Positions 47,305 to 58,078 of a stretch of 64,000 nucleotides of DNA are shown piece after piece (the first letter of the stretch is position 1; the number at the start of each line of letters is the position of its first letter). Below the pieces are notes generated by a model, which was not told where the DNA came from, did no database searches, and saw only the letters and a program-made list of their open reading frames with translations. Position numbers and translations under genes: made by a program. Source of the stretch: Deltaproteobacteria bacterium (GTDB taxonomy: Bacteria; Desulfobacterota; Anaeroferrophillalia; Anaeroferrophillales; Tharpellaceae); assembly GCA_016938065.1 (NCBI GenBank), contig JAFGVI010000026.1, positions 13,904 through 77,903 on the forward strand. The letters run 5' to 3'.

Positions 47305-48084
47305 CTATACCGGCTCCGTTTGCTTTTTGCCACAGACCTTGGCGACAACGATACTGACTTCGTAGAGCATTATGATCGGCACCGCCATCATCAGCTGGCT
47401 GGCGACGTCAGGCGGTGTTAAAATCGCTGCCACCACAAAAGAGCCGAGAATCGCATACTTACGTTTTGCAGCTAAGGTTTTGGCTTTGACCAGTCCGAGA
47501 ATGGCGAGAAAAGCAGTTACAACCGGAAGTTCAAAGACAATCCCGAAAGCAAACAAGAGACGTACTGAAAAAGAAAAATACTCTTTGACAGTCGGCATCG
47601 GCGTAATGAAATCAGTGGCAAACCCCATAAAGAATTTAAAGCCAAAAGGAAAGACAACAAAATAGCCAAACAGGGCGCCGCCGATAAAAAAGATACTAGC
47701 AAAAAAAACAAAGGGCAGAACATAGCGTTTTTCATGGGCGTAGAGTCCCGGAGCCGAAAAGCGCCAGACCTGATAAATGACGACAGGTGATGCTGCGAAA
47801 AAACCGGCCATCAGTGAAATTTTAAGATAGGTAAAAAAGGTTTCCGTCAGGCTGGTAAAAATCAAGCCGCTGTCAGCCGGCATAACCTCCAGCAGAGGAT
47901 TCATAAGCAGGCGGAAGAGCTCCGCCGAGTAGAAATAGGCGACCACCGTAAAGAGGGCAATGGCTATAAAAGAGATAATCAGACGTTTACGCAACTCCTC
48001 GAGGTGATCGGAAAGGTGCATCTCCCGATCTTCATCTTGCGCCTTATCTTTTTTCCCAGGCATGTCAGTTTCACTCGAACTCAT
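47305..48084 (-). CDS. tatC: Twin-arginine translocase subunit TatC
   Basis: HLEELRKRL, PGLY.HEK, FELP and AAILTPPD motifs. Confidence 0.96.
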   Translation of the reverse strand: MSSSETDMPGKKDKAQDEDREMHLSDHLEELRKRLIISFIAIALFTVVAYFYSAELFRLLMNPLLEVMPADSGLIFTSLTETFFTYLKISLMAGFFAASPVVIYQVWRFSAPGLYAHEKRYVLPFVFFASIFFIGGALFGYFVVFPFGFKFFMGFATDFITPMPTVKEYFSFSVRLLFAFGIVFELPVVTAFLAILGLVKAKTLAAKRKYAILGSFVVAAILTPPDVASQLMMAVPIIMLYEVSIVVAKVCGKKQTEPV

Positions 48085-48419
48085 GACCCGGCTTCTACTT
48101 TTCCGTTTTCGCTGTTTTCAGCAAGCGCCTCCGGCTTGGAATCAGCACCCTCACCGGGCCGACTGACAGTCACTGTAATCGGCGGATCTTCCGGATACTC
48201 GATTTTGCTGATTTTGCGCTGCTCTTCACCTCGTTCGCGGTCGCTTTTTACGGTCTCTTCATCCTGATAGATACTGGTTTTGAAATCGTCTGCCGCCCGT
48301 CTGAATTCGGCCATTCCGCGTCCCAGAGTTTTAGCCAGTTCGGGAAGTTTCTTGGGGCCGACGACCAGCAGGGCGACAATCAGGATAATGATTACTTCTG
48401 TAAGTCCGATACCAAACAT
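48081..48419 (-). CDS. tatB: Twin-arginine translocase TatA/TatB family subunit (TatB-like)
   Basis: MFGIG..E..II..VALLVVGPKKLP; overlaps tatC start. Confidence 0.8.
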   Translation of the reverse strand: MFGIGLTEVIIILIVALLVVGPKKLPELAKTLGRGMAEFRRAADDFKTSIYQDEETVKSDRERGEEQRKISKIEYPEDPPITVTVSRPGEGADSKPEALAENSENGKVEAGS

Positions 48420-48540
48420 TTCAACCTTTAAAATATGTTTTGCGCTGCGCCGTTGCAACGGTGTCGATATTTACGTTCAGACAAAGGAAAAGTCAACTTA
48501 AATGTTAAGCCGCAGGATTGTCATATCAGGTAAACTGAAC

Positions 48541-48573
48541 AAAAAAAGGCTGCCGTTATGGCAGCCTTTTTTT
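48541..48573. terminator. Intrinsic terminator after the ferredoxin gene
   Basis: A7-GGCTGCC-gttat-GGCAGCC-T7. Confidence 0.85.
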
Positions 48574-48658
48574 GTCGATATTGAACGATGGTGCAGAAAA
48601 CCGATTCGAAAACCGGGAAAACCGGCCTGAATTAAATTACCGCCCCGCCGCCTGCTAT

Positions 48659-48826
48659 TTACTTCTCTTCAATAGCATCTGTCGGACAGACTTCAACACA
48701 GGCGCCACACTCAACACATTTGTCCTGGTCGATTACATAGATATCGCCAGCTTCGCTGATGGCATCTTCCGGACACTCTTCGGCACAAGTACCACATGCA
48801 ACACATTCATCAGTAATTACGTACAT
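48659..48826 (-). CDS. Clostridial-type 2x[4Fe-4S] ferredoxin (55 aa)
   Basis: [12 protein letters not shown] and [20 protein letters not shown]. Confidence 0.93.
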   Translation of the reverse strand: MYVITDECVACGTCAEECPEDAISEAGDIYVIDQDKCVECGACVEVCPTDAIEEK

Positions 48827-48943
48827 TCTTTCCTCCATTTTAAAGTTCCGCACTTTAAGTAGATTTTTATATTGCTTAAAGAGCAGGTTTTTATTTGGCC
48901 GCCTTGAAAAGGAGACCGCTAAGATAAACTTAAACCATTACTT

Positions 48944-49513
48944 CTAAATAGACATGACTTCTTTCTCTTTTTCAACAATTACATCATCGACCTGTTTAAC
49001 ATATTCGTCAGTCAGTCTCTGAATTTCAGCCTGACCTTTCTTGTTTTCATCCTCAGTTATATCTTTATCTTTTTCCAGAGATTTGAGCATTTCAATGGCG
49101 TCACGCCGGTTTGAACGTAATGATATCTTACTGGTTTCACCAATTTTCTTGACCACCTTCACAAGCTCTTTACGGCGCTCTTCAGTCGGCCGGGGAATAG
49201 CCAGACGGATCTGTTTTCCGTCATTGCTCGGATTGATTCCAAGATCTGACTTATTGATGGCTTTCTCAATAAGCGGTATGACGGAATGATCCCAGGGTTG
49301 AATCGAGATCATACGGCTTTCCGGGATTGCCAGCGAAGCCACCTGATTTAAAGGGGTTGGCGTGCCGAAATAGTCGATCTTGATGCCGTCAAGCAGGGAA
49401 AGCGAAGCCCGACCGGTTCGTACCCGACCCAATTCGCGCCTTAATGCCTCCACCGTCTTCTGCATTCCGGCTTTACATTCATCTGTAACTTCAGTAACCA
49501 TCTCCAGGCTCAT
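48944..49513 (-). CDS. frr: Ribosome recycling factor
   Basis: VRTGRAS, QPWD and PTEERRKELVK motifs; synteny. Confidence 0.97.
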   Translation of the reverse strand: MSLEMVTEVTDECKAGMQKTVEALRRELGRVRTGRASLSLLDGIKIDYFGTPTPLNQVASLAIPESRMISIQPWDHSVIPLIEKAINKSDLGINPSNDGKQIRLAIPRPTEERRKELVKVVKKIGETSKISLRSNRRDAIEMLKSLEKDKDITEDENKKGQAEIQRLTDEYVKQVDDVIVEKEKEVMSI

Positions 49514-49546
49514 TTTTAACTCCTCTTTTGACGGTGCCGCAAAATG

Positions 49547-50320
49547 TTAATTGCCTACACGGGTGCCGATGTTTTCGCCGCATACAGCGCGTTTGATATT
49601 GCCGGACTCAGTCAGATTAAAAACCAGTATCGGCAGTTTATTATCCATACAGACCGAGATTGCCGCCGCATCCATTACCTTCAGTCCTTTCTGCAAGACA
49701 TCGAGATAACTGAGCTTATCAAAACGCCGGGCTTGAGGATGCGTTACCGGGTCACTATCATAGATGCCGTCAACCTTAGTGGCTTTAAGAATGATATCGG
49801 CCTGTATCTCCATCGCCCTTAGGGCCGCCGCAGTATCGGTTGAAAAAAAAGGATTGCCGGTTCCGGCAACAAAAATGACAATCCGCCCTTTTTCGAGATG
49901 ACGCACCGCCCGCCGGCGAATATAGGGTTCGGCAACTTCATGCATTGAAATAGCCGTCATCACCCTGACCTTTACGCCATGCCGCTCAATCGCATCCTGC
50001 AGAGCCAGGCCGTTGATAACTGTCGCCAGCATGCCCATATGGTCTGCCGTCGAGCGATCCATGCCTTTGGCCGAGGCGGTAATGCCGCGAAAGATATTCC
50101 CTCCCCCGATAACGATTGCCGTCTCCAGTCCCAGCTGATGGATCTCAACTATCTCTGCGGCAAAACCTGAAATCGCCAAAGGATCAATCCCATACTCACC
50201 GCTCCCCATCAGGGCCTCGCCGGAGAGTTTCAGCAGCACCCTCTGATAAGCTAAAGCTGATACGGGAGCGACATCTGCAGGCGCTTCCGCCAACGGAAGG
50301 TTATCTACGTGAGTCGACAC
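49547..50320 (-). CDS. pyrH: UMP kinase
   Basis: [26 protein letters not shown] and KATKVDG motifs. Confidence 0.98.
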   Translation of the reverse strand: MSTHVDNLPLAEAPADVAPVSALAYQRVLLKLSGEALMGSGEYGIDPLAISGFAAEIVEIHQLGLETAIVIGGGNIFRGITASAKGMDRSTADHMGMLATVINGLALQDAIERHGVKVRVMTAISMHEVAEPYIRRRAVRHLEKGRIVIFVAGTGNPFFSTDTAAALRAMEIQADIILKATKVDGIYDSDPVTHPQARRFDKLSYLDVLQKGLKVMDAAAISVCMDNKLPILVFNLTESGNIKRAVCGENIGTRVGN

Positions 50321-50973
50321 TATTTATTAAGCTGGTTGGCCACTTCCTGGGCCAGATCGCAACTTCTCTTTTCCAGACCTTCACCCATAACAAATCTCGT
50401 ATAGCGCCGGATGCTGATATTTTCACCGGTCTTCGCAATCATCTGCTTGATGCAGTCCTCAATTGAAATATCGGTGTCCTTAACAAAGGGCTGCTCCAGT
50501 AAGCAGTTATCCTTGTAGAATTTTTCAATCTTACCTTCAATAATCTTGTCGATAATTTTTTCAGGCTTGCCGCTGTCCAGAGCCTGAGTGCGGAAAATGC
50601 CGCGCTCGGTTTCAAGCACATCAGCTGCCACATCTTCACGGGCCAGAGCAATCGGGGCCGCCGCCGCAATATGCATGGCAATATCTTTGACAAAGTCTAC
50701 GAAAGCCTCGGTTCTGGCGACAAAATCGGTTTCACAGTTAACTTCAACCAGAACCCCGATTTTTCCGCCGGCATGGATGTATGAAGCCACTACCCCTTCC
50801 GAAGTGATGCGACCACCCTTTTTCGCGGCGGAAGCCAGCCCTTTTTCCCGCAAATAAACCAGGGCCTCGTCAAGATTGCCGTTCTTTTCTTTTAAAGCGC
50901 CCTTACAATCCATAATTCCGGCACCGGTCTTCTCACGAAGCTCCTTGACCATCGCCGCTGAAATCTGAGCCAT
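50320..50973 (-). CDS. tsf: Elongation factor Ts (short form)
   Basis: [25 protein letters not shown] and AMHIAA motifs. Confidence 0.98.
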   Translation of the reverse strand: MAQISAAMVKELREKTGAGIMDCKGALKEKNGNLDEALVYLREKGLASAAKKGGRITSEGVVASYIHAGGKIGVLVEVNCETDFVARTEAFVDFVKDIAMHIAAAAPIALAREDVAADVLETERGIFRTQALDSGKPEKIIDKIIEGKIEKFYKDNCLLEQPFVKDTDISIEDCIKQMIAKTGENISIRRYTRFVMGEGLEKRSCDLAQEVANQLNK

Positions 50974-51089
50974 TATATATTCTCCATTGAACAGTTTCTT
51001 TGTAAATTTTTATTAACACCGCGATCTCGCAAACAGGTTCATGTGCTCATGCCTGTCCGCTCCCTGATGAAAAAAACAGTTGGCCCGAA

Positions 51090-51893
51090 TTAAACCTCGG
51101 CTTCAACTGCAGCGGCCTCGATTTCACCGACTCTCTCGACAATCGGCATTCTGCCTTCATCAACGACGACTTCAACCTCTTCCTCATCACGCCCCAGCTG
51201 CCTCTCCTCACGCAGAGCCCGTCCTTCGATGCAGGCTTCGGAAATACTTGTGCAGAAAAGTTTGATCGCGCGAATAGCATCATCATTACCGGGAACGACA
51301 TAGTCGATTGAATCAGGATCGCAGTTGGTGTCAACAATGGCAACCACCGGAATCCCCAGCTTTTTCGCTTCGGCTACCGCAATGGCTTCGCGTTTGGTGT
51401 CAATGACAAAGATACAGGCCGGAGCCTTCTTCATATGTTTGACCCCGCCAAGGTTTTTCTCAAGTTTTTCTCTCTTTTTTTCAAGCTGGAGAACTTCTTT
51501 TTTCGGCAGCAGATCGTAGGTGCCGTCCTCTTTCATGGTCTCAAGCTTGCGCAGCCGGTTGATACTTTTTTTGATCGTATCAAAATTTGTCATCATACCG
51601 CCAAGCCAACGATTATTGACCCAGTACATGCCGCTGTTGACGGCCGCTTCCCTGATACTTTCCTGCGCCTGTTTTTTCGTACCGACAAAAAGAACATCTC
51701 CACCAGCAGCGACGGTGTCGACGATAGTTTTATAAGCCGTCCGGTAAAGCTTGATAGTCTGCTGCAGATCAATAATGTAGATGCCGTTACGAGCCCCAAA
51801 GATATATTTTTTCATTTTGGGATTCCAGCGTTTGGTCTGATGCCCGAAATGAACCCCGGACTCCAGCAGTTGTCGCATTGTTACCATTGCCAT
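51090..51893 (-). CDS. rpsB: 30S ribosomal protein S2
   Basis: [24 protein letters not shown] and [18 protein letters not shown]. Confidence 0.98.
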   Translation of the reverse strand: MAMVTMRQLLESGVHFGHQTKRWNPKMKKYIFGARNGIYIIDLQQTIKLYRTAYKTIVDTVAAGGDVLFVGTKKQAQESIREAAVNSGMYWVNNRWLGGMMTNFDTIKKSINRLRKLETMKEDGTYDLLPKKEVLQLEKKREKLEKNLGGVKHMKKAPACIFVIDTKREAIAVAEAKKLGIPVVAIVDTNCDPDSIDYVVPGNDDAIRAIKLFCTSISEACIEGRALREERQLGRDEEEVEVVVDEGRMPIVERVGEIEAAAVEAEV

Positions 51894-52103
51894 CTTGTTT
51901 CTCCTTAACATAAAAGACGTTGGTTTTGCTTCCGTCTTTCCTTCTAACCGATACCAACCGGACCACCCGGCACCACAGTAGCGGCCTTTTGATTCAGGAC
52001 CATGCCGCATCAGATTTAGATTTCCGATCAGCCCTCAAATCAAAACAGAAAAACGTGTGAATTTGAACGCGGCCTAGTTACCACATGAAGGCTCACTTTG
52101 CAA
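51894..52103 (-). promoter_or_regulatory. rpsB promoter and long 5' leader
   Basis: TTGCAA-17 nt-TAACTA with TGTGG extension, GC-rich discriminator, then ~175-nt leader containing CACAC. Confidence 0.55.
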
Positions 52104-52143
52104 GGGGAAAAGAGAGCTTGCAAAAGGCCGCGCCTGAGGCTTG

Positions 52144-53067
52144 TTATCTCTCCAGTATCTGCCTTGCAGCCTTGACGTCGGCTGCAATCAGCGCATGCAA
52201 CTCGGCAATTGATGAACAGGCTTTTTCTTTACGCAAAAGTTTAACAAATGTAAGCTTCAAATTCTCTCCATAGAGATCCGCATCAAAATCGAGAATATGG
52301 ACTTCAACCGTCAGTCCCGTATCCGCAAAAGTCGGATTGTAACCGATATTGACAACCCCCATATAACGTTTCTCGGCATGTTCAACCCAGACGGCATAGA
52401 CCCCTTCACAGGGATAAAGTTCCACCTCTGAAACCAGATTAGCCGTGGGAAAACCGAGTCCCCGACCGCGCCCTTTTCCCCGGACGACCCGACCGCTGAT
52501 CGCACAGGGACGACCGAGAAACCGCGAAGCCTGTTCAATGTCCCCGCGCATGATCGCTTCGCGGATTTTGGTACTGCTGACCAGCTCTCCATCGATACGA
52601 CAGGGAGGAGCGACTTCGACCTGAAAACCATGAACCTCTCCCAGTTCCTGCAGTCTCACCAGTGAACCTTCCCGGTTACGGCCAAAGTTGTAGTTGTCGC
52701 CAACGACGACCACAGCCGCCCCCAGATGACGCACCAGAACATGGTCAACAAATCCATCAGCGGTAAGATTGGCAAAGCGAAGGTCAAAAGGAGCCACAAC
52801 CAGATTGTCAATACCACAGCCGGCAATCAGGTCGGCTTTACGTTCATAAGAAGTAATCAGAAAAATCCGACGGTCGGGAAAGAGAAGTTTTAAGGGATGA
52901 GGAGAAAAAGTCAAGGCCGCCGACTTAAGGTCAAGCGCCTTGGCCCGGGACGTTGCCCGGGCCAAAAGAGAACGGTGTCCGAGATGGACACCGTCAAAAT
53001 TACCGATCGCAACCACCTGACTTTGCGGCGGAAAGCACTGTTCACGAAAATTATTATAGATCTGCAC
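52144..53067 (-). CDS. ribF: Bifunctional riboflavin kinase / FAD synthetase
   Basis: IGNFDGVHLGH, VSSTKIR, GRGLGFPTAN and EVHILDF motifs. Confidence 0.97.
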   Translation of the reverse strand: MQIYNNFREQCFPPQSQVVAIGNFDGVHLGHRSLLARATSRAKALDLKSAALTFSPHPLKLLFPDRRIFLITSYERKADLIAGCGIDNLVVAPFDLRFANLTADGFVDHVLVRHLGAAVVVVGDNYNFGRNREGSLVRLQELGEVHGFQVEVAPPCRIDGELVSSTKIREAIMRGDIEQASRFLGRPCAISGRVVRGKGRGRGLGFPTANLVSEVELYPCEGVYAVWVEHAEKRYMGVVNIGYNPTFADTGLTVEVHILDFDADLYGENLKLTFVKLLRKEKACSSIAELHALIAADVKAARQILER

Positions 53068-53105
53068 AGTTTTTTATTTATGAAGATAAGCCATTACAGC
53101 GAAAT

Positions 53106-53951
53106 TTATTTGAAATGGCGCAGAAACTCGCCATCACGATCCATCACCACCGTCGCCCGCTTGGCCAGCGATTTGCCATAGGCCTGCAGAGAGCGATAGA
53201 ACTCATAAAAATCAGGGTCCTGACCATAGGCATCAGCCGAAATTTTAATCGCGGCCTGTTCCCCTTCACCTTTGATCTGCTCAGATTTTTTGTAGGCTTC
53301 GGAAAGAATAATTGTCCTTTCCTTATCCGCCTGGGAACGGGTTTTGATAGCCTCCTCTTCCCCTTCCGAACGGTAACGTTTGGCCTGCCTTTGCCGTTCC
53401 GCCTGCATCCGAGTAAAAACATGTTTTTCGTTCTCACGCGGGAGATCAGCCGCTTTGATCCGCACATCAATTACTTCAATGCCATAGGCCTCTGCCGCCT
53501 CATTACTCTGTACGGTCACCTTATGCATGATCTCTTCGCGCACCTTGGAGACGATATCAACCAGGGTCTCCCGGCCCAACTCAACCCGGAGCTGAGAATA
53601 GATAATATCATCAAGCCGTGACTGAGCTCCGGCTTCGGTGCGGACCGACTGGAAAAATTTAAGGGGATCAACAATTCGCCATTTTGAATAATTGTCGATC
53701 ACCAGATTTTTCTTGTCACTGGTGATGATCTCGGCCGGTGCCGCATCGTAATGCAGCAGTCGGCGATCGAAAAAACTTACCTGCTGAAGAAAGGGTATCT
53801 TAAAATTAAGTCCCGGCTCCTTGACCACCTTGATCGGTTTACCCAACTGCAGAATCATCGCCTGCTGGGTCTGGTCAACAATAAACAGCCCGTTGTAAAT
53901 AAAGATCGCAACCGCCACCAGAATAATTAATCCAAACTTGGCAAACTTCAT
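53106..53951 (-). CDS. hflC: FtsH protease modulator HflC
   Basis: PGL.FKIPF, DKKNLVID, RMQAER and FY.FYRSL.AY. Confidence 0.95.
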   Translation of the reverse strand: MKFAKFGLIILVAVAIFIYNGLFIVDQTQQAMILQLGKPIKVVKEPGLNFKIPFLQQVSFFDRRLLHYDAAPAEIITSDKKNLVIDNYSKWRIVDPLKFFQSVRTEAGAQSRLDDIIYSQLRVELGRETLVDIVSKVREEIMHKVTVQSNEAAEAYGIEVIDVRIKAADLPRENEKHVFTRMQAERQRQAKRYRSEGEEEAIKTRSQADKERTIILSEAYKKSEQIKGEGEQAAIKISADAYGQDPDFYEFYRSLQAYGKSLAKRATVVMDRDGEFLRHFK

Positions 53952-55045
53952 TGTCCAGCCCTCCCGACCTGAGGTTGCGACCCGGTCAGGGCCGATTCAC
54001 TTGCACTGCGTTTAAGGCTTTGTGCACCGGTTTCGATCGGCAGTAAAGGCAGCAGGGAACGGCTCACCTTGGGATCGACAATAATTTTGTCAATATCGCT
54101 TAAAACGTTTTCCATCATCTCCAGCTGCATCCGTTTTCGCGTGATTTTCGGAGCCACCTTGTAGGCGGCCAGGTTGGCCAGAAAACGATCGGCTTCACCG
54201 GTGGCCTGGTTGACCAGTTCGGCTTTGTAAGCCAGGGCCTGGTTGGTCATCTCTTCTGCATTACCTTTGGCTTTGGGCAGAATATCATTACTGTAGCCCT
54301 GCGCTTCGTTAATCAGGCGGATCTTGTTTTCCTTGGCACTGGCAACATCCTGAAAAGACTGGATAACCTCTTTAGGAGGATGGACGTCCTGAAGCTGGAC
54401 GGCGACGATCTGGACCCCCGCTTTATAGCCGTCAAGCACCTCCTGCAGGCGCTTTTCACAATCCTGCTGCACCTTGTTTTTACCGGTGGTCAGAACAATA
54501 TCGATATCATTTTTCCCGATCACCTCGCGCATCGCCGCTTCGGTCGCAACCCGCACAGTTTCGGTCTGGTTATTAACATTGAACAGGTAAGCAATCGGAT
54601 CACTGATGCGGTACTGGACAATGAATTGGGCGTTAACAATATTTTCGTCACCGGTCAGCATCATTGACTCACCGGGCACCATCTGATAGCGGGCCGGAGG
54701 ACCGGCTGAGATGGTCCGAAAACCGATCTCCAGACGTTTAACCTGTGTGACTTTGGGTTTTAAGACCGATTCTATCGGTTTCGGCAGATGCCAGTGTGGA
54801 CCCGATTCCGTCGTATAAATAGCTTCGCCAAAACGTTTGACAACCCCGAGTTCATCGGGACCAACGATATAGAATCCGGTTGCCAGCCAGCCGACCAGCA
54901 GGATCACCACCAACAGCAGGGGGCCACCGGGCAAACCACCCGAAACCCCTTTTTCGGCCCGATTAAAAACTTTTTTTATGATGTCATCAATGTCGGCTGC
55001 GGGTTTCCGGCCTTCATTTTCGTCGCCATTATATTCCCAGGGCAT
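53948..55045 (-). CDS. hflK: FtsH protease modulator HflK
   Basis: MPW start, GVV.RFG, MLTGDENIV and PP.EV..SF.DV..A. Confidence 0.95.
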   Translation of the reverse strand: MPWEYNGDENEGRKPAADIDDIIKKVFNRAEKGVSGGLPGGPLLLVVILLVGWLATGFYIVGPDELGVVKRFGEAIYTTESGPHWHLPKPIESVLKPKVTQVKRLEIGFRTISAGPPARYQMVPGESMMLTGDENIVNAQFIVQYRISDPIAYLFNVNNQTETVRVATEAAMREVIGKNDIDIVLTTGKNKVQQDCEKRLQEVLDGYKAGVQIVAVQLQDVHPPKEVIQSFQDVASAKENKIRLINEAQGYSNDILPKAKGNAEEMTNQALAYKAELVNQATGEADRFLANLAAYKVAPKITRKRMQLEMMENVLSDIDKIIVDPKVSRSLLPLLPIETGAQSLKRSASESALTGSQPQVGRAGQ

Positions 55046-55156
55046 CTCTTCTCCTTGACGTTCAACTAAAATTTTTATTGCCTTACAGATGTAAGGTACT
55101 AATTAAGCAACTAAACCGGCAAAAGTCAACCGGTTAATCACTGACGCTTGAATACC

Positions 55157-55966
55157 TTATTGTCCCAGCGGCATCATGTCGCAGCCGGCCGGAGGAATAA
55201 ACGTAAAAAAAGAGCGCGGCAGAGCCTTATCGGGGCCGCTCTGCCATTTGTAAGTAATCACAATTTCATTGGCAAAAAGATCAACCATCCGGGTTTCAGC
55301 CAGCATATAAGAGGCCGCTGAAAAGATCATTTCAAGCTTTTGAAAGGGGGGCGCCGGATCATTCGCCAAAGGAGCGAGTTCAACGACAATGCGGTCATCA
55401 ACTTTAGTGACGGCAAGCTTAAATTTCTCCGCTTGAAGCTGAAGCTCAGAGAGTAGATTAATGATAATCCGCGCCTCTTTGATATCCTTGACCGAGCCGG
55501 TCATTACCTGGTTCAAGTCGGGAGTATAGTACCAGAGGGTCTGGCCGTCCGACACTAACAGTTGTTTTTCCGGCAGTTGGTACTCCCAACGCATCTTATC
55601 CGGGCCTTGAATCCAGATCAACCCCATGCTCAAAGTCGTTTCATGGCTGTCGCTGTAGGTTGTTTTCTGAGTAAAGCGCCCGCTGAAAGCCATCTCCTGC
55701 AGATATTGTCGACGAATGCTTGCCAGGACAGATGCGACATCAAGATTCTCCGCCTTTTTAAGCTCTTCATTTTTTACCGTCGGTACCACTTGAGCCTCAC
55801 CCGAAACCTGGTTTTCCGATACCTGCCCGGCCATAACCGATGCCGCCAGCAGCAGAGACGCCAAACCAGCCGCCAGGAAAAGAGTCCGAGAAAAAAACCT
55901 GTCCGATCTTTTAAACAGTTTAAAAAAAATCTTATTCATACTTAATTCATTCCTGAACCGGTTCAT
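55157..55966 (-). CDS. lolA: Outer-membrane lipoprotein carrier LolA family
   Basis: F.Q, P.KMRWEY..PEKQLLVSDG.TLW.Y.P.L.QV and FTF.PP.G; signal peptide. Confidence 0.88.
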   Translation of the reverse strand: MNRFRNELSMNKIFFKLFKRSDRFFSRTLFLAAGLASLLLAASVMAGQVSENQVSGEAQVVPTVKNEELKKAENLDVASVLASIRRQYLQEMAFSGRFTQKTTYSDSHETTLSMGLIWIQGPDKMRWEYQLPEKQLLVSDGQTLWYYTPDLNQVMTGSVKDIKEARIIINLLSELQLQAEKFKLAVTKVDDRIVVELAPLANDPAPPFQKLEMIFSAASYMLAETRMVDLFANEIVITYKWQSGPDKALPRSFFTFIPPAGCDMMPLGQ

Positions 55967-56052
55967 CCGGTTGGGGCAAATGGTTTATAATGTGTAAATA
56001 TTCAGCCAGTTTTCAGTTTGAGGGTGCTCAGGTGATTTTCCGGAACGTCTCG

Positions 56053-56302
56053 CTAAATTTCGTCGTTTTCCCCATTGAGTATGACATTGTTGACAACCTC
56101 TTTAATCTGCGAGCCATCAATTAAACAGTAACGTGGCAGAGCTGGTTCGACAAAGCTCAAAGATATGGAAGGTAAAAAACGCTTCTGCAAACCGCCAAGA
56201 CAGTGATTTGACGAGCATGGCGGAATTAAACATCAGTACCTAAATCAGGAGAATACCGAGATCATCGGCGACTGCCTTTTCCACGAGCTCGTTAACCGTC
56301 AC
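56053..56302 (-). pseudogene. Possible degraded histidine-kinase HATPase fragment
   Basis: Broken frames read VTVNELVEKAV...* and ISLSFVEPALPRYCLIDGSQIKEVVNNVILNG...*, resembling the N-box region. Confidence 0.35.
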
Positions 56303-56319
56303 TCCCCCACCGTAATCTT

Positions 56320-57123
56320 TTAGCTGACAGCCATTGCAAAGACGCGGCAACTGTTAGCGCTGGTTGCGGCCGCCACTGCCACCGGATCCGTTTTGCGCAA
56401 GCGGGCAATTTCTTGGGCGACAAAGCTGACATGGGCCGGTTCGTTACGTTTGCCGCGATACGGAACCGGGCTCAGAAAAGGAGCATCGGTCTCGATCAGT
56501 AAGTCGTCAAGATTCAACTTTGCAGCCACCTCTTTCTGCACATGGCTTTTGGGAAAGGTGATGGTTCCCGGCAGGGAGATGGCAAAACCCAGATCGACAA
56601 AACGTCGCGCCCAATTGTAGTCGGCGGAGAAACAGTGGATCACCCCGCCATGCCGGTAGCCCTTTTCGGAACGAATAATGTCATAGACCTCCTGGTGAGC
56701 CTCTCGGTCATGAATGACTACCGGCAGCTGCAGTTCCCCGGCAATCTGTAGCTGCCGGGCGAACTCGCGGCGCTGCACGGCTTTGGAGGAGTGGTCGCGG
56801 TAAAAATCGAGACCGATCTCGCCATAGGCCACAACCTTTGGATCGTCAGCTAACGCTTTAAGCCGGGCATAGCCGGTTTCATCCGCATTCTTACTGTCGT
56901 GCGGATGAATCCCGATGGTCGCATAAAGACCCGGATATTGGTGGGCCAGTTCCAGAGCCCGGATGGAATCGGCCAATTCAGTGCCGATGACGATCATCTT
57001 TTCGACCCCGGCCGCCTGGGCCCGATCTATCACAGCCGTAAGATCATCGGCAAAAACATCAAGGTTTAAATGACAGTGTGAATCGACAAGCTGGAGAGGG
57101 TTAGCGTTCGACAAAATCTTCAA
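56320..57123 (-). CDS. TatD family nuclease/hydrolase
   Basis: DSHCHL, GIHPH, GEIGLDF, IHDREA, HCFS and ETDAPFL motifs. Confidence 0.95.
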   Translation of the reverse strand: MKILSNANPLQLVDSHCHLNLDVFADDLTAVIDRAQAAGVEKMIVIGTELADSIRALELAHQYPGLYATIGIHPHDSKNADETGYARLKALADDPKVVAYGEIGLDFYRDHSSKAVQRREFARQLQIAGELQLPVVIHDREAHQEVYDIIRSEKGYRHGGVIHCFSADYNWARRFVDLGFAISLPGTITFPKSHVQKEVAAKLNLDDLLIETDAPFLSPVPYRGKRNEPAHVSFVAQEIARLRKTDPVAVAAATSANSCRVFAMAVS

Positions 57124-57844
57124 ACCTCCGAACGAAATCGGCCAGGGCTTGCGCCGTCAGTTGACAGAGTTTTTCACCTTTTGCTTTACTGGCAAAGGCC
57201 GGATCGCCCCAGACCCCGCCGCGCCAGTAGGCCGTTTTATTGCGCACCAGGATATATTCAGGGAAATCGGGAAATTCACGGGGTGACGTCCCTTTCACTA
57301 ATGCCGGGAAAAGGTGGGCAATCCGTGAGGTCTCAACCTCACCGGCATGGGAATCACCCGCAACCTCAACAAGTTCACCGGCGGCGCGACAGCAGAAATC
57401 ATACTCATTGATAACTGCCAGGCGAATATCGGAAAAATCTGCCAGCACCTCCTCCCCGACCTCAATCAGAGCCCCGATATGGGTTTTTCCGGCATGGCCC
57501 GAGATCAGGATGAAATTACGCAGACCCTGCTTGTAATAACCCTTGACCAGATCACGCACCAGGGCCCGGAAGGTCGCCGGTGAGAGGCCGACAGTTCCCG
57601 GATGCTCCGAGGTGCTGCGGCAGATGCCGTAATGCACCGGCGGCGCCACAAACGTCGGGTAAATCGCCGCCGCCGCCTTGACCGAAGCGTAAACCTGCAT
57701 CGTGTCGGTATCGAGCGGCAGATGTTCGCCATGCTCTTCGGTTGAACCGAAAGGCAGAAAAATTGTCCGGCTCTGCTTGAGTCCGGCTGCAAATTCCGGC
57801 GTTGTAATATCGGTAATAATCAATCTGGACATCAACGACCTCAT
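57101..57844 (-). CDS. Creatininase family amidohydrolase
   Basis: GSTEEHGEHLPLDTD, PGT, GHAG, HAGEVETS and GVWGDP motifs. Confidence 0.93.
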   Translation of the reverse strand: MRSLMSRLIITDITTPEFAAGLKQSRTIFLPFGSTEEHGEHLPLDTDTMQVYASVKAAAAIYPTFVAPPVHYGICRSTSEHPGTVGLSPATFRALVRDLVKGYYKQGLRNFILISGHAGKTHIGALIEVGEEVLADFSDIRLAVINEYDFCCRAAGELVEVAGDSHAGEVETSRIAHLFPALVKGTSPREFPDFPEYILVRNKTAYWRGGVWGDPAFASKAKGEKLCQLTAQALADFVRRFEDFVER

Positions 57845-58078
57845 CTTGCTTGTTCGACAAAACCTGTTCTGTAAAATAGCGACGGCAAAAGTTCCAGACG
57901 CAGGGAGATGGTAATAATCAATTTGGTCATCTTAATCAAGCAAATCATTCGATCTTTTTTATTCAGTTTTTTAATATTGCAGTCGAGCATGAGCTATGAT
58001 AATTAAAGAGGCATTGTTATTTTTTTATTGCGAACCGCAAACAACTGACAAACAAGAACTTGCCGGAGAAAAAAAATC

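Noticed and set aside
48596..48624. GAAAACCG repeated three times
   Set aside because: Short and irregularly spaced in a 3' UTR; not CRISPR-like
50320..50973. EF-Ts looks truncated (217 aa)
   Set aside because: Short EF-Ts is a known natural form in several phyla
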